Source: Nemertoderma westbladi (taxonomy: Eukaryota; Animalia; Xenacoelomorpha). Taken from it: 52,933 nt of DNA. Shown here piece after piece: positions 36,320-49,046 of this stretch; the first letter of the stretch is position 1, and each line of letters begins with the position of its first letter. The translations under genes and the position numbers were made by a program. The notes beneath the pieces were generated by a model, which saw only the letters and a program-made list of their open reading frames with translations, had not been told where the DNA came from and ran no database searches. The stretch covers positions 1 to 52,933 of the forward strand of contig JAUCBJ010002890.1 of assembly GCA_032718475.1 (NCBI GenBank), in the 5' to 3' direction.

Positions 36320-37060
36320 AGAAGTTAGGGAGTGTGGTACATTGATGTACCACGAGAGTAGTAGGGTACATAGTACCGTAGGCAGAAGTCAGGGAGTGTG
36401 GTATATTGACATACCACGAGAGTAGTGGCAGGGTACATAGTACCGCTGGTAGGAGTTAGAAGTATAGGGAGTGTGGTATATAAACATACCACGAGAGTAG
36501 TGGCAGGGTACATAGTACCGCTTGTAGAAGTTAGGGAGTGTGGTATATAAACATACCACGAGAGTAGTGGCAGGGTACATAGTACCACTGGTAGAAGTAA
36601 GAGTTAGAAGTTAGTAAGAGTAAGAGGCTCGTTAGAAGTTAGAGAATAGGGAGTGTGGTATATAGACATACCACGAGAGTAGTAGTGGGGTACATAGTAC
36701 CGAGAGAGTTAGAGGTTGTGGGCACCGAAAGCGCCACGTAGTAAGAGTGTAGAGGGTATGATATGTAGGTATACCATAGAAGTAGTAGCAGAGGGGTCGT
36801 GGGCACCGAAAGCGCCACGTAGAAGGAGAGTAGAGGGTATGGTATATAGGTATACCATAGAGGTAGTAGCAGAGGGGTTGTGCGCACCGAAAGCGCCACG
36901 TGGTGAGAGAGTGAAGGGTGTGGTATTTTGGTATACCATAGTAGCAGTATTAGGGTACATAGTACCATAGAAGTTAGAAGTTGTGGGCACCGAGAGTGCC
37001 ACGTAGTAAGAAAGTAAAGGGTATGTAGGCATAGCATAGTAGTGGTAGGGTACATAGTAA
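36320..37060 (+). repeat. Purine-rich array of ~60-80-bp units containing short hairpins, inside element 2
   Basis: Recurrent GTGGTAT-n6-ATACCAC, GGTAC-ATA-GTACC, GTGGGCACCGAAAGCGCCAC and TATGGTATA-TAGG-TATACCATA. Confidence 0.8.
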
Positions 37061-37144
37061 GAAGGAAGTAGCAAGGTAGATAGGATGATAGCACAGACAG
37101 GGATAACATGAGAAAAATAAATAAAACCAAGAAAAATTGGCACT

Positions 37145-38608
37145 TTGGGAGTGGTAGAGAACACAGGACATTGTGGAGCAGTGGGGATGGGCCAGCTCAT
37201 GGGCCTTGTCTGCCACAAGCCGATGGACTGGGGCAAGTTCCGGGAAGAGCATGGAGCGGGCACAGGACATTGTGAAGCAGTGGCGATGGGCCAGCTCATG
37301 AGGCTTGTCTGCCACAAGCCAATGGACTGGGGTAAATTCAGGGAGGAGTACGGAGCGAAGCTGGTGAACTCGCTGAAGTAGGGAGCGAGGCCAGGGAAAC
37401 AGGAGGTGTATCAGTTCCGAAGGGGAGCGTTAAAGATATATCAGAAGAGATATATCCTACAGGAGGATTGGGTAATGATAGGTTTACTAAACCTATTCAT
37501 GGCTGTGGTTATTGGAAAAGAGCCGACGGCGTTTCTGCTATCAGGAGCACCTCTAAACTACAGAAGAGCCTTTAAGGTGGCCTTCGAAGGTCTGGTAGAC
37601 CACCCGGGGCTGAAGGGCGAATCGGTGTACTACAACAGCCGGCACCTAGTAGACAGGGAGGTGGATACACCATACAAGAGATGGGAGAAGCTGGAAGCGG
37701 ATAGACTTGAGGAGAAGCGACTGGAAGAAGTCACCAGGCGAGAAAGGAGGGAGGCAGATGAGAGAGAGGCGGATGCTTGGGGAGAGGATTACAGATTCGA
37801 GGCCCAGAACTTGGACGAGCTGAGGTGGGGATCAGGGAGCTCGGGCGAGTTTCTGGGGGAGGAGCTAGGATGGACGGAAGAGTCGCCGAAACAGTCGACA
37901 TCGGGATTGCAAGCGATGCCCATGCCAGCGGGCTCTGAGGGCGATTTCGTGAGAAAGCATACAGACTGGGTTGGCGGGAGTGTGGTGACGGCCAGCGGGG
38001 CGAGGGCCTTCTCGGATAAACCCGGCAAGCAGACCTGGGTGCACGAGGAGCTGGCGATGGATTTCGTGGGGAGCATCATCAGGTTTGGCGAGCAACCGGG
38101 AACGGCACCACGGGTAGTGTTTGGAGAGACGATGCCAAGGCGGGATGAGGACGTGGATATGGATAGAGACGTTAATATCCAGAAGTTTGCCTACCAACGG
38201 CTCCACAGACCTAGGAGACCGCTCGGGGCAAAAGACGACTTGGGGCGGGATGCGTTGATACACGGCTGTGATTACTGCGGGAGGCTGACTCACCAGGAAA
38301 AGAGCTGTTTGTATCGATTTCAGAAGGGGGCGAGTTGCCTCTACTGCTGCGAGTCGAGCCACAGGATGGGAGCATGTCCGAGGTTGCACAACCACTGCTC
38401 AAAGTGTAACTTCCGAGGGCACTATGGGTGCCAGTGCGACTGGATGGACGACGAGGAGAAGTTTAAGATCTTCGAGGAGTGGGCCGACGTCGGCGTTATG
38501 ACGCGACAGAGAATGAAGGCCCAGGAGGTCCGGTGGGGTTTCTTCAACATCAATCAGGAAGCTCATCTGGAGATTATCAAGAGGAGACTGCCATTTACAT
38601 ATCAATAG
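37145..38608 (+). pseudogene. Accessory ORF of element 2: C-terminal half of the exonuclease-like domain, acidic linker and zinc-knuckle cluster; homologue of 6952-9542
   Basis: ORFs 37145-37381 and 37406-38608 share a frame across one TAG. Motifs GLVCHKPMDWGKFREEYG, LKIYQKRYILQED and CDYC..H..C..CLYC..HRMGACPRLHNHCSKCNFRGHYGCQC..FEEWA..WGFF. In-frame 99-bp duplication at 37162/37261. Confidence 0.7.
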
Positions 38609-39424
38609 GTAGCGACAGCGGCGTCGTATGGAGGAGTAATCAACACGCAGATGTATTTGGATAGATGGACGCCAGAAAACAGAGGAGAGTTTAGGACTCG
38701 GAGAGGGAGATGTGGGCGTGCCTGGAAGGCACCACATGTGAAATAATACGAACTCCTAAGTGCAAAATAATTAAGTGCAATTAGTATGTACCGGTACGTT
38801 ACGTATGTAATAATCAATATAAATAGAATATAATTAGAATGAATATAATCAAAGTAAGTACTATAGTCATAAATAACCTTTTTCCATCTAGCTAGTGGGA
38901 CTGGGGACCAATTGACTATGACAGGAGGACGGGACAATAGACGAATCACACTTCTTCAGTGCGACGGCACAAAAAAGGGGGGCGAGGCTCGTCAGGGGTG
39001 AGTGGAGTGAAACAAGCGTGGGTTGAGTATAGGAATATGAGGGAAGTATGGAGAGGAAGTGTTGTGAAAGGAGTGCAATTCAAGTGTGGGGAGCGAGCAG
39101 TAAGAGAGAGAGAGTAAGGGACAACAGGGTCCGTGAGAGAAAGAGTAGAGTGAGATTAGAGTGAATTCAGAGCGAAATCATATAAAATTGTGTGGAAAGA
39201 GAGTCCACAATTGTCTCGAACAGAGACATCAAATATCTTGGTGCAACATAGCTCGCGATTGCACCAAGGATGGGTAGCAATAACATACCCAAGGAAACAT
39301 ACCCTGGAAAGCCAACCCCGATAAAAGAACTCCACCCCACACCCAATAGTAGATTGGGTTCCAGCGGAATTGAAGCGCACTTGAGGTTGATGCTATCTTC
39401 TCACCGGGAAGATAGCATGGGGGG

Positions 39425-40850
39425 TAGAGTGTTTCATAAAAATTTTTTTTTTGAAATTACACCTCAACTGTACATTTTTATCCGGGTAGAGCCAAAAAAA
39501 CAATGTAGGCAAAAAATTGGCTCATGACAGTGACTTTTAGGGGTCGCCCACCCAGGATCTTGAAATTAAAGATTAGCGATATATGGACTGAGCGCATAGT
39601 TTCCGCGGTTTTCAATATATTGTTATGAGTTAAATATATTTATGTGCGACATATTGGTTTCAAATGCCTAATTAATGGGGATCATTTTGAATGGTCACAA
39701 GCCATGGTTTGGATCAGTGGAGTGCCAAAATGTCTATAGCCTAATGGCATATTAGCGCTATAAGTAATGACCGCATAGTTTTCGCGGTGTTGAATATATT
39801 GTTATAAGTAAAATATATATGTGTACCACATATCTTTTTGAAATGCCAGTTTCATGAGGATTAATTTGAATGGTTACAAGTCATCGTTTAGAGGCAAAAC
39901 ATAAAAGGAATAATAGAAGCTCAACAGCCCGTTTGATGGGTAACTTTACTTTTAATCAACATATTATATTCATTCATTTTAAAGTTGAACAATATTTTGA
40001 TACCTAATATATATATATATATATATTTAGGCCTAGGCCATATTTTGCTCAATAACACAAGAACAGTACTGGTAATAGTTTTCTAGAAAATTAGGCTAAT
40101 TCCTCTCTAGTTACTTTGATTGTGCCAGACATTTTGGAGTTTTTGGTACATTCCCTCGATGTCTTTTCCTATTACTCCTTTCTTCATACTTAATGAGTAT
40201 AGGCTCCAACTTTTTGGAATTCTTGAGTTCACCAACTAATCTCTCAGCAGGTTGATTGGATGCAAGGATGGTATTTGCTATTCGATCAATCGTCTCCCAA
40301 AGAGGATGTTCTATACTAGCATATACGTCAGTTAGTTGTTCTCTAATTGAGGGCAGAATATGAAAAAGAGGTGAGACTTGACAACGGTTCATCCAATTAG
40401 GGTATTCCAGCAAATCATTAATTGACAATGTTACTAGTTTCAGTTTTGGGAATTTCAGAACTATCCTGTTACTAAAGGTTGAACTACAACTCCCATTGAT
40501 TTTAAAAGCAGAATCTGTCACCATAGCTCGATATTCCTTGTCTAATGGAAGGAAAGAAGAGTCTAAGTTATATAGATGTCGTTCTATTGCTGAAAAGTAT
40601 GAAGTTGGCATGTTTAGTTTCACCCCAATATCAGCAAGCATGTTTGTGATTTGAAGGGTGTTCCTAATCATATTGGATCCATAAGTATCGACAGCAATCC
40701 GATGAGCCTGAAAGTGCACCACTGAATACTGCATAAATATATCTCCAAGCTGATTAAGTTTGCTAATGGACAACATTTCCTTTGTATTAAGACATATTGC
40801 TTCATCAGTCTTGGATTTAAAGCATTTGTTCTGTTTCTGTTCTTGTGTTT
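39425..40850 (-). mobile_element. One end of a DNA transposon (hAT/hATm-like) nested antisense at the PPT of element 2
   Basis: Begins TAGAGTGTTTCATAAAAATTTTTTTTTTGAAA (resembles TAG(G/A)GTG hATm termini). Has a ~179-bp subterminal duplication (39592/39771) and a transposase-like ORF cut off at the G-run. Confidence 0.55.
40111..40850 (-). CDS. 5'-truncated transposase-like ORF (C-terminal ~246 aa)
   Basis: Frame open from 40850 to the stop at 40111. IANTILASNQPAERLVGELK resembles the third-acidic-residue motif of hAT-related DDE transposases. Basic C-terminal tail. Confidence 0.5.
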
Positions 40851-40865
40851 GGGGGGGGGGGGGAG

Positions 40866-41480
40866 TGTAAGCGGATTCAATTCCACTTCATTACCCACCA
40901 GAAAATGGTACTAGTGGCATTTTAGCAATATGTTGGGGATACGAGATTACCAATATTAATCTCGCCTCATAACCAACATTGGGGGGGGGGGGGGGACACA
41001 AGCCCCAAAGCCACAGAGAAAGGTGAGAGGTCAAACCACCTCGGAGGAGAAACACTCCCAGGGAGTGCCAAAGTTACAAGTAGTATATTAGCCAATAGAG
41101 GGGAGGGAAGCACGTGATAGGGAACAGGAAAGCATCCATTGGGTAGAGGGCCAAAGGTAGAGTAGGGGGTAAACCAATATTCAATGTATTAATCATATAT
41201 TATCTTACATTACTGGTTTACTGGTCAGTTGTGTTATTCAGTTCAGTGAGTGCAGACAGGTCATAGTTAATGACCGCCAACGCCATACCGGTAACAATTA
41301 ATCTGTATTTTCTGCCTTTATCTAACTACGTGCTATTATCGTCCATATTAATTAATATCGAAAGACAACAGGAACTTTCACTGTTTTCCCGAACGGCCTC
41401 GGCCAAAGCTAGTAGCACGATCCCAGCAGAACGGTGACGCGTACATTTCTAACCCGGTCGGGATCTCCGATTCCGTCACA
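40866..41480 (+). repeat. 3' LTR of element 2
   Basis: Preceded by the PPT, ends TCCGTCACA followed by TSD CTATA. Confidence 0.95.
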
Positions 41481-41689
41481 CTATAGGCGGTGGAATGTTG
41501 CATGTTCGGAATTATAGTTTTGGATTTAGTTCTGGGTGACTTTGTGAGGCGGTATTGCAGGTCGGCTGAAGTGCGCTGTAGCGTTGAACTTTCAACATAA
41601 TTGTAAGGTAATAACTAGACACCGTCCCGTTGGTGGCCAATTCAAAAAGACTTTATCTTCGATTTCTCAATTGGTGTCGCTATGCACCT

Positions 41690-44600
41690 AAGTGTGGTTC
41701 TCTTTGATTGTAGTGTGGTTCTTAAGTTGATTGTTGTAAGTATGGTTTTATTTGATTGTGGAGTGGTGCTATTTGATTGTAAGTGTGGTTCTATATTTGA
41801 TTGTAAGTGTGGTTCTATATTTGATTGTAGTGTGGTTCTATTTAATTGTAGTGGGGTTCTATTTGATTGTATTATGGTTCTATATTTGATTGTAGTGTGG
41901 TTCTATTTGATTGTAGTATGGTTCTATATTTGATTGTAAGTGTGGTTTTATTTGATTGTGGAGTGGTGCTATTTGATTGTAAGTGTGGTACTATTTGATT
42001 GTATTATGGTTCTATTTGATTGTAGTATGGTTCTATATTTGATTGTAAGTGTGGTTTTATTTGATTGTGGAGTGGTGCTATTTGATTGTAAGTGTGGTTC
42101 TATTTGATTGTAAGTGTGGTTTTATTTGATTGTGGAGTGGTGCTATTTGATTGTAAGTGTGGTACTATTTGATTGTATTATGGTTCTATTTGATTGTAGT
42201 ATGGTTCTATATTTGATTGTAAGTGTGGTTTTATTTGATTGTGGAGTGGTGCTATTTGATTGTAGTGTGGTTCTATTTGATTGTATTATGGTTCTATTTG
42301 ATTGTAGTGTGGTTCTATATTTGATTGTAAGTGTGGTTCTATTTAATTGTAGTGGGGTTCTATTTGATTGTATTATGGTTCTCTATTTGATTGTAGTGTG
42401 GTTCTATTTGATTGTAGTATGGTTCTATATTTGATTGTAAGTGTGGTTTTATTTGATTGTGGAGTGGTGCTATTTCATTGTAAGTGTGGTACTATTTGAT
42501 TGTATTATGGTTCTATTTGATTGTAGTATGGTTCTATATTTGATTGTAAGTTTGGTTCTATTTGATTGTAGTGTGGTTATATTTGATTGTAGTATGGTTT
42601 TAGTTGATTGTAGTGTGGTTCTATTTAATTGTAGTGGGGTTCTATTATATTGCAGTGTGGTTCTATAATTGATTGTAAGTGTGGTTCTATTTGATTGTAG
42701 TGTGGTTCTATTTGATTGTAGTATGGTTCTATATTTGATTGTAAGTGTGGTTCTGTTTGATTGTAGTGTGGTTCTATTTGATTGTAGTATGGTTCTATAT
42801 TTGATTGTAAGTGTGGTTTTATTTGATTGTGGAGTGGTGCTATTTGATTGTAGTATGGTTCTGTTTGATTGTAGTATGGTTTTATTTGATTGTAGTATGG
42901 TTCTATATTTGATAGTAAGTGTGGTTCTGTTTGATTGTAGTATGGTTCTATATTTGATTGTAAGTGTGGTTTTATTTGATTGTGGAGTGGTGCTATTTGA
43001 TTGTAGTATGGTTCTGTTTAATTGTAGTGGGGTTTTATTTGATTGTAGTATGGTTCTATATTTGATTGTAAGTGTGGTTCTGTTTGATTGTAGTGTGGTT
43101 CTATTTGATTGTAGTATGGTTCTATATTTGATTGTAAGTGTGGTTTTATTTGATTGTGGAGTGGTGCTATTTGATTGTAGTATGGTTCTGTTTGATTGTA
43201 GTGGGGTTCTATTTGATTTTAGTATGGTTCTATATTTGATTGTAAGTGTGGTTCTGTTTGATTGTAGTGTGGTTCTATTTGATTGTAGTATGGTTCTATA
43301 TTTGATTGTAAGTGTGGTTTTATTTGATTGTGGAGTGGTGCTATTTGATTGTAGTATGGTTCTGTTTGATTGTAGTGGGGTTCTATTTGATTTTAGTATG
43401 GTTCTATATTTGATTGTAAGTGTGGTTCTGTTTGATTGTAGTGTGGTTCTATTTGATTGTAGTATGGTTCTATATTTGATTGTAGTATGGTTCTGTTTAA
43501 TTGTAGTGGGGTTTTATTTGATTGTAGTATGGTTCTATATTTGATTGTAAGTGTGGTTCTGTTTGATTGTAGTGTGGTTCTATTTGATTGTAGTATGGTT
43601 CTATATTTGATTGTAAGTGTGGTTTTATTTGATTGTGGAGTGGTGCTATTTGATTGTAGTATGGTTCTGTTTGATTGTAGTGGGGTTCTATTTGATTTTA
43701 GTATGGTTCTATATTTGATTGTAAGTGTGGTTCTGTTTGATTGTAGTGTGGTTCTATTTGATTGTAGTATGGTTCTATATTTGATTGTAAGTGTGGTTCT
43801 GTTTGATTGTAGTGTGGTTCTATTTGATTGTAGTATGGTTCTATATTTGATTGTAAGTGTGGTTTTATTTGATTGTGGAGTGGTGCTATTTGATTGTAGT
43901 ATGGTTCTGTTTGATTGTAGTGGGGTTCTATTTGATTTTAGTATGGTTCTATATTTGATTGTAAGTGTGGTTCTGTTTGATTGTAGTGTGGTTCTATTTG
44001 ATTGTAGTATGGTTCTATATTTGATTGTAAGTGTGGCTCTGTTTGATTGTAGTGTGGTTCTATTTGATTGTAGTATGGTTCTATATTTGATTGTAAGTGT
44101 GGATTTATTTGATTGTGGACTGGTGCTATTTGATTGTAGTGTGGTTCTATTTGATTCTAGTATGGTTCTATATTTGATTGTAAGTGTGGTTCTGTTTGAT
44201 TGTAGTGTGGTTCTATTTGATTGTAGTATGGTTCTATATTTGATTGTAAGTGTGGTTCTGTTTGATTGTAGTGTGGTTCTATTTAATTGTAGTATGGTTC
44301 TATATTTGATTGTAAGTGTGGATTTATTTGATTGTGGAGTGGTGCTATTTGATTGTAGTGTGGTTCTATTTGATTGTAGTATGGTTCTATATTTGATTGT
44401 AAGTGTGGTTCTGTTTGATTGTAGCATGGTTCTATATTTGATTGTAAGTGTGGTTATATTTGATTGTGGAGTGGTGCTATTTGATTGTAGTATGGTTCTG
44501 TTTGATTGTAGTATGGTTTTATTTGATTGTAGTATGGTTCTATATTTGATAGTAAGTGTGGTTCTGTTTGATTGTAGTATGGTTCTATATTTGATTGTAA

Positions 44601-47600
44601 GTGTGGTTTTATTTGATTGTGGAGTGGTGCTATTTGATTGTAGTATGGTTCTGTTTGATTGTAGTGGGGTTCTATTTGATTGTAGTATGGTTCTATATTT
44701 GATTGTAAGTGTGGTTCTGTTTGATTGTAGTGTAGTTCTATTTCATTGTAGTATGGTTCTATATTTGATTGTAAGTGTGGTTTTATTTGATTGTGGAGTG
44801 GTGCTATTTGATTGTAGTATGGTTCTGTTTGATTGTAGTGGGGTTCTATTTGATTTTAGTATGGTTCTATATTTGATTGTAGTGTGGTTCTGTTTGATTG
44901 TAGTGTGGTTCTATTTGATTGTAGTACGGTTCTATATTTGATTGTAAGTGTGGTTCTGTTTGATTGTAGTGTGGTTCTATTTAATTGTAGTAGGGTGGAT
45001 TTATTTGATTGTGGAGTGGTGCTATTTGATTGTAGTGTGGTTCTATTTGATTGTAGTATGGTTCTATATTTGATTGTAAGTGTGGTTCTGTTTGATTGTA
45101 GCATGGTTCTATATTTGATTGTAAGTGTGGTTTTATTTGATTGTGGAGTGGTGCTATTTGATTGTAGTATGGTTCTGTATTTGATTGTAAGTATGGTTTT
45201 ATTTGATTGTGGAGTGGTGCTATTTGATTGTAGTATGGTTCTATATTTGATTGTAAGTGTGGTTCTATTTGATTGTAGTGTGGTTCTATATTTGATTGTA
45301 AGTGTGGTTCTATTTGATTGTAGTGTGGTTCTATTTGATTGTATTATGGTTCTATATTTGATTGTAGTATGGTTCTATTTGATTGTAGTATGGTTCTATA
45401 TTTGATTGTAAGTGTGGTTTTATTTGATTGTGGAGTGGTGCTATTTGATTGTAAGTGTGGTACTATTTGATTGTATTATGGTTCTATTTGATTGTAGTAT
45501 GGTTCTATATTTGATTGTAAGTGTGGTTTTATTTGATTGTGGAGTGGTGCTATTTGATTGTAAGTGTGGTTCTATTTGATTGTATTATGGTTCTATTTGA
45601 TTGTAGTGTGGTTCTATATTTGATTGTAAGTGTGGTTCTATTTAATTGTAGTGGGGTTCTATTTGATTGTATTATGGTTCTCTATTTGATTGTAGTGTGG
45701 TTCTATTTGATTGTAGTATGGTTCTATATTTGATTGTAAGTGTGGTTTTATTTGATTGTGGAGTGGTGCTATTTGATTGTAAGTGTGGTACTATTTGATT
45801 GTATTATGGTTCTATTTGATTGTAGTATGGTTCTATATTTGATTGTAAGTTTGGTTCTATTTGATTGTAGTGTGGTTATATTTGATTGTAGTATGGTTTT
45901 AGTTGATTGTAGTGTGGTTCTATTTAATTGTAGTGGGGTTCTATTATATTGTAGTGTGGTTCTATAATTGATTGTAAGTGTGGTTCTATTTGATTGTAGT
46001 GTGGTTCTATTTGATTGTAGTATGGTTCTATATTTGATTGTAAGTGTGGTTCTGTTTGATTGTAGTGTGGTTCTATTTGATTGTAGTATGGTTCTATATT
46101 TGATAGTAAGTGTGGTTCTGTTTGATTGTAGTATGGTTCTATATTTGATTGTAAGTGTGGTTTTATTTGATTGTGGAGTGGTGCTATTTGATTGTATTAT
46201 GGTTCTATTTGATTGTAGTATGGTTCTATATTTGATTGTAAGTGTGGTTCTGTTTGATTGTAGTGTGGTTCTATTTGATTGTAGTATGGTTCTATATTTG
46301 ATTGTAAGTGTGGTTTTATTTGATTGTGGAGTGGTGCTATTTGATTGTAGTATGGTTCTGTTTGATTGTAGTGGGGTTCTATTTGATTTTAGTATGGTTC
46401 TATATTTGATTGTAAGTGTGGTTCTGTTTGATTGTAGTGTGGTTCTATTTGATTGTAGTATGGTTCTATATTTGATTGTAAGTGTGGTTCTGTTTGATTG
46501 TAGTGTGGTTCTATTTAATTGTAGTATGGTTCTATATTTGATTGTAAGTGTGGATTTATTTGATTGTGGAGTGGTGCTATTTGATTGTAGTGTGGTTCTA
46601 TTTGATTGTAGTATGGTTCTATATTTGATTGTAAGTGTGGTTCTGTTTGATTGTAGCATGGTTCTATATTTGATTGTAAGTGTGGTTATATTTGATTGTG
46701 GAGTGGTGCTATTTGATTGTAGTATGGTTCTGTTTGATTGTAGTATGGTTTATTTGATTGTAGTATGGTTCTATATTTGATAGTAAGTGTGGTTCTGTTT
46801 GATTGTAGTATGGTTCTATATTTGATTGTAAGTGTGGTTTTATTTGATTGTGGAGTGGTGCTATTTGATTGTAGTATGGTTCTGTTTGATTGTAGTGGGG
46901 TTCTATTTGATTGTAGTATGGTTCTATATTTGATTGTGAGTGTGGTTCTGTTTGATTGTAGTGTAGTTCTATTTCATTGTAGTATGGTTCTATATTTGAT
47001 TGTAAGTGTGGTTTTATTTGATTGTGGAGTGGTGCTATTTGATTGTAGTATGGTTCTGTTTGATTGTAGTGGGGTTCTATTTGATTTTAGTATGGGTTCT
47101 ATATTTGATTGTAGTGTGGTTCTGTTTGATTGTAGTGTGGTTCTATTTGATTGTAGTATGGTTCTATATTTGATTGTAAGTGTGGTTCTGTTTGATTGTA
47201 GTGTGGTTCTATTTAATTGTAGTAGGGTGGGATTTATTTGATTGTGGAGTGGTGCTATTTGATTTTAGTGTGGTTCTATTTGATTGTAGTATGGTTCTAT
47301 ATTTGATTGTAAGTGTGGTTCTGTTTGATTGTAGCATGGTTCTATATTTGATTGTAAGTGTGGTTTTATTTGATTGTGGAGTGGTGCTATTTGATTGTAG
47401 TATGGTTCTGTATTTGATTGTAAGTATGGTTTTATTTGATTGTGGAGTGGTGCTATTTGATTGTAGTATGGTTCTATATTTGATTGTAAGTGTGGTTCTA
47501 TTTGATTGTAGTGTGGTTCTATATTTGATTGTAAGTGTGATTCTATTTGATTGTAGTGTGGTTCTATTTGATTGTAGTATGGTTCTATATTTGATTGTAA

Positions 47601-48600
47601 GTGTATTTTTATTTGATTGTGGAGTGGTGCTATTTGATTGTAGTATGGTTCTATATTTGATTGTAAGTATGGTTTTATTTGATTGTGGAGTGGTGCTATT
47701 TGATTGTAGTATGGTTCTATATTTGATTGTAGTGTGGTTCTATTTGATTGTAGTATGGTTCTATATTTGATTGTAAGTGTGGTTCTATTTGATTGTAGTA
47801 TGGTTCTATATTTGATTGTAAGTATGGTTCTATTTGATTGTAGTATGGTTCTATATATGATTGTAGTGTGGTTCTATTTGATTGTAGTATGGTTCTATAT
47901 TTGATTGTAAGTGTGGTTCTATTTGATTGTAGTATGGTTCTATATTTGATTGTAAGTGTGGTTCTGTTTGATTGTAGTATGGTTCTATTTGATTGTAGTA
48001 TGGTTCTATTTGATTGTAGTGTGGTTCTATTTGATTGTAGTGTGGTTCTATTTGATTGTAGTATGGTTCTATATTTGATTGTAGTGTGGTTCTATTTGAT
48101 TGTAGTATGGTTCTATATTTGATTGTAAGTGTGTTTCTATTTGATTGTAGTATGGTTCTATATTTGATTGTAAGTGTGGTTCTATTTGATTGTTGTGTGG
48201 TTCTATTTGATTGTAGTGTGGTTCTGTAGTTGATTGTAAGTGTGGTTCTATTTTTTTTTGTAGTGTTGTTCTATAATAGTTCATTCTAAGTGTGGGGGTT
48301 CTATTTAATTGATAGTGAGGGTTCTATTTAATTGTAGTGAGGGTTCTATTTGATTGTAGTGTGGTTCAATTTATTGTAGTGTGGTTCTGTAGTTGATTGT
48401 AAGTGTGATTCTATTTTTTTTGTAGTGTTGTTCTATAATAGTTCATTCTAAGTGTGGGGGTTATATTTAATTGATAGTGAGGGTTCTATTTAATTATAGT
48501 GTGGTTCTATTTGATTGTAGTGTGGTTCTTTAGTTGATTGCTTAATTGCATTGTGAGTGGTTCTATTTGATTGCAGTGTGGTTCTATAGTTGATTGTTAG
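41690..48600. repeat. Minisatellite D, 21-24-bp units (TATTTGATTGTAGTGTGGTTC and variants) with higher-order structure
   Basis: About 6.9 kb of tandem copies. Explains the VVLFDCS / LQSNRTT ORFs. Confidence 0.97.
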
Positions 48601-48902
48601 CGGCAGTGTATAGATGGTACTGCTTACTCGAACCCGTACCAATAATTTATGTATATCGTTAACATAGGTACTGTTTTGATCTCGACGGTTATAAGCAGGC
48701 CTACATGTGCAGTGTGCGCCGGTATCTTAGCGGTGCAGTATACACTGCTTTCAGTATGTGAATGACAGTAATTGGTGGTCTATCTGTACCGGCAACGGCA
48801 CAAACTCCTATAAAGTAAAGAATTAAAGGATTTTCTTCGGCAGTTAGGCTAGGGATTACGTACACAATCATATTTCAGTGCAGCCCCCCAGAACTATACA
48901 AC

Positions 48903-49046
48903 TCCAGTACTCATTTAGCTACCATTTATGGATGAAAGGCCGATATGCGCCTTCAAAGTATTCGTGCCGAAACGAAAACTGCACTGGCCCATGCGGGGAT
49001 TGAACCCACGAGAGATGTAGAATCAATGCAACCACTACAACATGGT
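48903..49046 (-). mobile_element. tRNA-derived SINE, second copy
   Basis: Aligns with 18462-18625 (TCCAGTACTCATTTAGCTACCATTTA...CGTGCCGAAACGAAAACT...TTGAACCCAC...AACCACTACA). Confidence 0.7.

Larger units (their letters stand above)
32489..41480 (+). mobile_element. Element 2: LTR-to-LTR BEL/Pao-derived non-autonomous retrotransposon (8992 bp)
   Basis: Direct LTRs at 32489-33124 and 40866-41480. TSD CTATA at 32484-32488 and 41481-41485. PPT G13AG at 40851-40865. BEL-type gag and protease, no RT/RH/IN motifs seen. Confidence 0.93.

Noticed and set aside
41682-48284. Hydrophobic VVLFDCS ORFs resembling membrane proteins and the antisense LQSNRTT ORFs
   Set aside because: Artefacts of the 21/24-bp satellite D.
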